Shown in pieces: positions 16,655-21,876 of a stretch of DNA of 21,876 bases. Below the pieces are notes generated by a model. The model saw only the letters and a program-made list of their open reading frames with translations, did not search any database and was not told the origin of the DNA. The position numbers were made by a program, and so were the translations under genes. Position 1 is the stretch's first letter, and each line of letters opens with the position of its first letter. Origin of the DNA: Acidimicrobiia bacterium (GTDB lineage: Bacteria > Actinomycetota > Acidimicrobiia > Spongiisociales > Spongiisociaceae); NCBI GenBank assembly GCA_041576165.1, contig JBFGLM010000068.1, forward strand, positions 1 through 21,876. The letters run 5' to 3'.

Positions 16655-17469
16655 TGTTCCCGGACCTCGCACGATTCGGCGACGTGGCGATCGGTACGCA
16701 CGACGTCTTCGTCGTGCTCGGTGTGATCGTCGCCGTCATTGTGTTCCGCAACGAGAACCGCCGCCGACGGCTCCGCGACCCCCGCCTGTGGACCATTGCG
16801 GCCGGCTCCCTCCTGACCGGAGCCGTGTTCGCCAAGCTGAGCACCGGGTGGCGCTACTTGGCTGAAGACACCGATCCCAGCCTGCTGGGTCTTTGGGTGA
16901 ACGGTGGCAAGAGTCTGCTGGGTGGCCTGGCGGGGGCCTACCTCGGTGCGCTGGTGACCAAGCGTCTCGTCGGATATCCGTATCGAACGGGAGACTCGTT
17001 TGCCCCGGCGGTGGCATTAGGCATCGCCGTCGGTCGGGTCGGCTGTTTCTTGACGGAGCCGATCGGCACCCCCACCTCGCTGCCTTGGGGGATCACCGTA
17101 TCGCCGGAGGTCGGCGCCCGCATACCCAGCTGTCCGCAATGTGCTGCAGGCGTGCCGCTCCATCCGTCGTTCATGTATGAAATCATTGCCCTGCTCGGGC
17201 TGTATGCGCTCCTGCGCTGGCTACGACCGAGGATCGACGTGCCCGGGGAGCTGTTCAAGGTCTTCCTCCTCGGGTACGGCACCCTCCGCTTCTGGGTCGA
17301 GTTCGTGCGCGGCAGCGAGCACTTCGCCCTCGGCCTCAGCGGATCGCAGATCTTCCTACTGCTGACCATGCCGGTCCTCTACGCCTACTTCGTCAGACAG
17401 CTTGCCCGCGGGGCCTACGGCCCCGTGGCCCGCCGAGCCCAACCAGTGTCGCTGGGGAGGATCCCATGA
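16654..17469 (+). CDS. Divergent prolipoprotein diacylglyceryl transferase (Lgt) family paralog
   Basis: GGKSLLGGLAG, GIAVGRVGCF, TSLPWGI, LHPSFMYE and YGTLRFWVEFVR correspond to Lgt motifs GGMSxHGG, GRxGNF, PW, HPxQLYE and YxxxRFxxEFxR. Confidence 0.9.
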   Translation: MFPDLARFGDVAIGTHDVFVVLGVIVAVIVFRNENRRRRLRDPRLWTIAAGSLLTGAVFAKLSTGWRYLAEDTDPSLLGLWVNGGKSLLGGLAGAYLGALVTKRLVGYPYRTGDSFAPAVALGIAVGRVGCFLTEPIGTPTSLPWGITVSPEVGARIPSCPQCAAGVPLHPSFMYEIIALLGLYALLRWLRPRIDVPGELFKVFLLGYGTLRFWVEFVRGSEHFALGLSGSQIFLLLTMPVLYAYFVRQLARGAYGPVARRAQPVSLGRIP

Positions 17470-19025
17470 CGTCGCCTACCAAGTTCGACCGCATCCGAAA
17501 ACCTGTCGTCGCGTATTGCCCCACGTGTCATGTCGCCGACACGGCGGGGTCGCTCGCACAGACCCGGCAACTACCGGGGTGGCTTGCCGAGGCCGGCGGT
17601 GCGGTGTGGCTGAGTCGGGAGTGTCCCTTCCATGGACCGATCATCACGCTTTACGAGGAGAACGCTGAGCTCCTCGACTATCTCGAGCAGTGGACCGCCC
17701 CCACCAAGCCACCCACCCCCGACGCACCGGAGAACGCCTCTCCGATTCCGGGCGCCTACCTCCACGGCCTCGGGGCCCGCCAGATCCAGCACACTTGCAT
17801 CCTGCTCGAAGACATCACCGAGCGTTGCAACCTGAACTGCCCGACTTGTTATGCCGGCTCTTCCCCGCTGCTGACCGGCGTCGCCCCCGTTAGCGAGGTG
17901 CTCGCCAACGTGGATCGCCGCCTCGAGCTGGAGGGGGGACGCCTCGACGTGTTGATGATCAGCGGCGGCGAACCGACGCTCCACCCCGAGCTGTTCTCGC
18001 TCCTCGAGGAGCTCATCGCTCGCGACATCGTTCGCATCATCCTCAACACCAACGGTGTGCTGGTGGCCCGCGACGATGCTCTGCTCGATTTCCTCACCCG
18101 CCACCGCAATCGGCTCGAGATCTACTTGCAGTTCGACGGTTTCGAGAAGGCCACCTACCAATACCACCGTGGAGCCGATCTGCGTAGCTTGAAACAGCGC
18201 GCCGTAGCCCGCCTCTCGGCGGCTGGTGTTTTCACGACGCTCACGATGACCGCCGCCCGCGGCGTCAACGACCACGAGATCGGTGCCGTGGTGCGCTTCG
18301 CCCTCGATACCCCGTTCATCGGCGGCGTGGCCATTCAGCCGGTGTTCGGATCCGGACGCCACGAGCGAATCGATCCTCACGATCGACTCACCAACACTGG
18401 GGTGCTGCGCCGCCTGGGCCCGCAGACCAACGGCATGGTGTCGGCCGAGGACCTGATCGCCTTGCCCTGCTCCCACCCGCATTGCGCCAGCGTCGGATAC
18501 ATGGTGCAGAACGACGAGGGTGACTGGACCAGCATCGTCCGCCTCATTGGCCACGATCGCCTCCTCGAACACCTCGGCCTGGTGAGCAACTGCATCGTGC
18601 AACCCGAGCTGGACGCCGACCTGAGGCTCCTGGTGAAGGAATCGCTGCACGGGCTCTTCAGCGAGCGTTCTTCCCTGACGCATCCCAAGATCAGCGATCT
18701 GTTCGACGTTGTGTTCCGCCGTTGCGACATCGGCCTCACGACGCTGTTGCGTTTGGCGGGGCGGGCAGTGCGCGACCCCAACGCCCTGCGCAAGCTGGTG
18801 GCTACCCGGGTCAAGCGGATCACGATCAAGCCCTTCATGGACATCAACACGATGATCGAAGAACGCCTGCTGCAGTGTTGCGTCCACGTCGGCACCGTAG
18901 GAGAGCGCCACCAGTGTGTTCCCTTCTGCGCCGCTCAGGCGTGGCCGGCGCTGGGGAGGATGAAGCTGGCGGAGGCGGCCCGGGAGCGCGTGTCGGTCAC
19001 CGGGGCGTTGGCTCCCTTGGCCTGA
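17466..19025 (+). CDS. Radical SAM enzyme of the Tes/GDGT-MAS (MJ0619, tetraether synthase)-like family
   Basis: N-terminal rubredoxin-like CPTC...CPFHG; CxxxCxxC motif CNLNCPTC; SGGEPT, NTNG, IYLQFDG, GVNDHEIG, QPV; C-terminal SHPHC...PFMD...CCVH...PFC. Start overlaps the lgt-like stop (ATGA). Confidence 0.9.
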   Translation: MTSPTKFDRIRKPVVAYCPTCHVADTAGSLAQTRQLPGWLAEAGGAVWLSRECPFHGPIITLYEENAELLDYLEQWTAPTKPPTPDAPENASPIPGAYLHGLGARQIQHTCILLEDITERCNLNCPTCYAGSSPLLTGVAPVSEVLANVDRRLELEGGRLDVLMISGGEPTLHPELFSLLEELIARDIVRIILNTNGVLVARDDALLDFLTRHRNRLEIYLQFDGFEKATYQYHRGADLRSLKQRAVARLSAAGVFTTLTMTAARGVNDHEIGAVVRFALDTPFIGGVAIQPVFGSGRHERIDPHDRLTNTGVLRRLGPQTNGMVSAEDLIALPCSHPHCASVGYMVQNDEGDWTSIVRLIGHDRLLEHLGLVSNCIVQPELDADLRLLVKESLHGLFSERSSLTHPKISDLFDVVFRRCDIGLTTLLRLAGRAVRDPNALRKLVATRVKRITIKPFMDINTMIEERLLQCCVHVGTVGERHQCVPFCAAQAWPALGRMKLAEAARERVSVTGALAPLA

Positions 19026-19070
19026 GGGGTTCCTGCGTTTCCGGCACCGGTGGGCCGCATGCGGGTGGTG

Positions 19071-20090
19071 CTATCTCTTGGGCCTCTGGTCCTTCTCATC
19101 GCGCAGGACTCGACCCATCAGCTCGAACACGGCCGTGCGGGGGTCCTTGTCCTCGTAGAGGATCTGGTAGATCTGCTCGGTGATGGGCATCTCCACGCCT
19201 TCGGCCGCGGCCAGTGCCCGGGCCGCCTGGGTCGTCCGTACCCCCTCGGCGACGGTCTGCGTCTCGCCGAGGATGTCGGCGAGCTTGCGTCCCTTGCCGA
19301 TCTCGATGCCGACCGCGCGGTTGCGGGACAGACCTCCGGTGCAGGTGAGTATCAGGTCGCCCATCCCCGACAACCCGGCAAAGGTGAACGGGTCACCGCC
19401 GCGGGCAACTCCCAAGCGAGTGATCTCGGCGAGGCCGCGGGTGATCAGCGCAGCCGTCGAGTTGTGGCCGAAACCGAGGCCGGCACAGATGCCGGCGGCC
19501 ACGGCGATGACGTTCTTCAGCGCGCCCCCCAGCTCTACCGCCACGACGTCATCCGAGGAGTAGACCCGGAAGGCGTTCGTCGAGAACAGGTCACGCACCA
19601 GGCGGGCGTTGTGGGCTGATCGGCTGGCCGCCACCACAGCCGTCGGATGACCGGCCGCCATTTCTTTGGCGAAGGATGGCCCTGACATGGCTACCGGAGC
19701 CAGCAGGCCCTCGGCAACTTCGGCGAGGATCTCGGTGGGGGTCTGCAGAGTATTCACCTCGATGCCCTTGCTGATGGACACCACGACGGCGCGCTGCAGA
19801 GCTGCGTCGTGCCCGGCGAAGACGCTCCGCACGTACTGCGTGGGCACGGCGGAGACCACGATGTCGGCGGTCTCCAGACACGCTTTGAGGTCGCCGGTCA
19901 CCTCGAGAGTGGCCGGAAGCGCCACTCCCGGAAGGAAGATGGGGTTCTCGCGGCCGGCGGCGATTGCGTCCACGACTTCCGGCTCGCGCGCCCACAGCGT
20001 GGTTGGCACGCCCAATTCGGCGAGATGTTTGGCGAGCGCCGTGCCCCACGCCCCGGCTCCCACCACAACCGCAGCGATGTCGTCTGTCAT
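19071..20090 (-). CDS. gpsA: NAD(P)H-dependent glycerol-3-phosphate dehydrogenase
   Basis: Motifs GAGAWGTALA, SKGIE, SGPSFAKE, ELGGALKNVIA, GLSGMGDLILTC, SRNR and AEGV. Start placed at ATG 20090. Confidence 0.97.
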   Translation of the reverse strand: MTDDIAAVVVGAGAWGTALAKHLAELGVPTTLWAREPEVVDAIAAGRENPIFLPGVALPATLEVTGDLKACLETADIVVSAVPTQYVRSVFAGHDAALQRAVVVSISKGIEVNTLQTPTEILAEVAEGLLAPVAMSGPSFAKEMAAGHPTAVVAASRSAHNARLVRDLFSTNAFRVYSSDDVVAVELGGALKNVIAVAAGICAGLGFGHNSTAALITRGLAEITRLGVARGGDPFTFAGLSGMGDLILTCTGGLSRNRAVGIEIGKGRKLADILGETQTVAEGVRTTQAARALAAAEGVEMPITEQIYQILYEDKDPRTAVFELMGRVLRDEKDQRPKR

Positions 20091-20233
20091 GGCCGGATTG
20101 TCGCGGATCGACAACCGCAGCGCGGCCGCTGCAGACTGGTGACGTTGGTGACCCCGAGGACGCACGGCCCGATGGAGGCCTCCCAACCGATCCGACTCGT
20201 AAGGTTGTGAGTACCGGCCGGAAGGAGGCGCCG

Positions 20234-20410
20234 TTGGCTACACCACGTAAGGAATATCGCGTTCGCATCTGGGTGAAGCTCACCGATGAGCTGCTGCCGA
20301 GTCCGGTCCTGTCCAAGGCCGAGCTCGAGGCTCGGCTCATCGACGCTCTGGAGGTGGGACGTCCGGATTCCCCAATCGTCTCTGTGGTGGTTGACGATCC
20401 CAGACGCTGA
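20234..20410 (+). CDS. Small hypothetical protein, 58 aa (MATPRKEYRVRIWVKL...)
   Basis: Strong RBS GAAGGAGG 5 nt before TTG; this is the 3' part of ORF 19964..20410, with a plausible beta-alpha-beta pattern. Confidence 0.65.
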   Translation: MATPRKEYRVRIWVKLTDELLPSPVLSKAELEARLIDALEVGRPDSPIVSVVVDDPRR

Positions 20411-20504
20411 CGACGCTCGCATCACCGGCTAGTCGACGTGATACTCCAAAGCCCAGCAGCGCCTACTGCCGGGTAGCCTTCGCGACGCCAAGAAGGAGGC
20501 AAAC

Positions 20505-20786
20505 ATGATTCTTTCCATGGCCCACGCTTCGGTTGCAGAGGCGGACAGACAGAACCTCTACGGCGAGTGGTCTGACCTGGTCGTCGGCGCAAAGCCGGAC
20601 GGACTCGTATCGGCCTATCTGCTAGCGGATGGTGAACACGTGCGGGTGGCGGCGCTGTGGACCAGCCTCGAAGCCCACGACCGGGCTCGCGACGAAGAGA
20701 ACACCCACCCCGCCTTTAAAGTCTTCGAGGCCGCCGGGTTGGACCCGCTGCACAGCGTCATGCACGTGATGGGCGCCCTCTCCTAA
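20505..20786 (+). CDS. Small ABM-like (dimeric alpha+beta barrel) protein
   Basis: AAGGAGG RBS; pattern PDGLVSAYLL...VAALWTSLEAHDR typical of the ABM/Dabb fold. Confidence 0.7.
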   Translation: MILSMAHASVAEADRQNLYGEWSDLVVGAKPDGLVSAYLLADGEHVRVAALWTSLEAHDRARDEENTHPAFKVFEAAGLDPLHSVMHVMGALS

Positions 20787-20914
20787 GCCATCCTCGGCTC
20801 CACTCGGTCGCCCGTCGCGCGTAGTGGCGTCGAGCGGTGGGTGTCGAGCCGTGGCGTCGTGCGCGCCTTTGCGCCCGCGTACACTTCCGCGCTAGACGCG
20901 ATCACTGGAGAATC

Positions 20915-21490
20915 ATGGCCACGTCGCTAATGACCCCGCTCGGAACCGAAGCGCCCGATTTCGCTTTGCTCGAGCCGCTGACCGGCAACACCGTGAGCCT
21001 CGGCGACTTCGCCGACAAGGACGCGCTGCTCGTGATGTTCATCTGCAACCACTGCCCCTACGTTCAGCATGTGCGGCAGGGTCTCGCCGACTTCGGCCGC
21101 GACTACGAGGACAGCGGGCTCGCCATGGTGGCCATCTCGGCCAACGATGTCACCGAGTACCCGACCGATGGGCCCGATCACATTGCCAAGGAGGCCAAGG
21201 AGCTGGACTACCGGTTCCCATATCTATACGACGAGAGCCAAGAGGTCGCCAAAGCGTACGGAGCCGTATGCACGCCCGACTTCTTCCTGTTCGACGGCGA
21301 TCGGAAGCTCGCATACCGGGGACGCTTCGACGAGTCACGGCCCAACATGCCGGGAAAGGTCACCGGAACAGATCTGCGCGCCGCCGTCGATGCCGTCTTG
21401 GCCGGCCAACCGTTGGCTGACGATCAGCACCCGTCAATGGGGTGCTCTATCAAGTGGAAGCCAGGCAACGCCCCCGAATACGCCAGCTGA
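20915..21490 (+). CDS. Thioredoxin-fold AhpC/TSA (PRX-like) redoxin protein
   Basis: APDFAL...FICNHCPYV...AISAND...FPYLYDESQEVAKAYGAVCTPDFFLFD...YRGRFD...SMGCSIKWK; GGAG RBS before ATG 20915. Confidence 0.93.
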   Translation: MATSLMTPLGTEAPDFALLEPLTGNTVSLGDFADKDALLVMFICNHCPYVQHVRQGLADFGRDYEDSGLAMVAISANDVTEYPTDGPDHIAKEAKELDYRFPYLYDESQEVAKAYGAVCTPDFFLFDGDRKLAYRGRFDESRPNMPGKVTGTDLRAAVDAVLAGQPLADDQHPSMGCSIKWKPGNAPEYAS

Positions 21491-21511
21491 GGACGGCTCA
21501 CCGGCAGGGGG

Positions 21512-21876
21512 TCACAGCTCGAGGATGCGAACCTCCACTTGGTCTTCGAGAGTGACGAAGTACGCCACCGTCCCTACCGCGGTCATCTCGAGGGTGCGGC
21601 TCATCTCCACGAATTGCTCGCCGGCGTCGACTATCTGCTCGCCGAGTAGCTCTCCGGTGGGGGAGTAGCGGCGAACCTTGCGGTCGACCTGAATCCCCTG
21701 CGGCGTGTCGCGCACCTCGTCGAGAACCAGGAGCACCGTGCCGTCGGGGGCGATCCCTATGAGGGTCACGCCTCCCAGCACCGTGTCGCGCACGATGTCG
21801 AACGACGTAGTCCCGATCTCCACGGTGGATGTCGGGCCGGCGCGGTTGATCACGGTGACCGGCACGCCGCCGAAGA
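21512..21876 (-). CDS. C-terminal part of a hypothetical beta-rich (possibly propeller) protein; 5' end lies outside the window
   Basis: Frame is open to the window edge; stop converges on the redoxin gene. Confidence 0.6.
   Translation of the reverse strand, partial: FGGVPVTVINRAGPTSTVEIGTTSFDIVRDTVLGGVTLIGIAPDGTVLLVLDEVRDTPQGIQVDRKVRRYSPTGELLGEQIVDAGEQFVEMSRTLEMTAVGTVAYFVTLEDQVEVRILEL

Noticed and set aside
17571-18911. 446-aa antisense ORF (and similar long shadow ORFs at 71-1222, 255-1328, 6224-7249, 14073-14894)
   Set aside because: They lie opposite well-supported genes and have no recognisable motifs; long antisense frames are expected from high-GC codon bias.
17466-19025. Calling the rSAM a bona fide tetraether lipid synthase or MoaA
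   Set aside because: Motifs are Tes-like rather than MoaA-like, but the missing auxiliary Cys motif and the operon context do not support assigning GDGT synthesis.
19071-20090. gpsA as part of the lipopeptide cluster (glycerol-3-phosphate supply for the Lgt donor lipid)
   Set aside because: It is a convergently transcribed housekeeping gene; adjacency alone is not evidence.

Overview
High-GC actinobacterial chromosome segment; gene content and Gram-positive-type SOS boxes suggest Acidimicrobiia (inference). Bases 1-8.2 kb form an accessory cell-surface region: a 5'-truncated PKD/Ig-repeat protein, a delta-60 beta-propeller protein and a large lipoprotein, separated by 0.6-0.8 kb spacers with no convincing gene. 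A core block follows: lexA divergent from a LysM (ChiZ/YneA-like) gene with three SOS boxes, a DddP-like M24 enzyme inserted before nrdR, a membrane protein, dut, tRNA-Gly/Cys/Val followed by a tRNA-3'-end-linked ~165-bp tandem repeat, and an LCP protein. The most interesting part is a tightly coupled operon at 15.4-19.0 kb: a membrane protein, an isoprenylcysteine-methyltransferase-family protein, a 39-aa hydrophobic single-Cys peptide missed by the ORF track, a divergent Lgt paralog, and a Tes/GDGT-MAS-like radical SAM enzyme. It is a candidate pathway for a ribosomally encoded, lipid-modified and possibly lipid-cross-linked peptide. The window ends with gpsA, two small proteins, a thioredoxin-fold protein and a truncated ORF.
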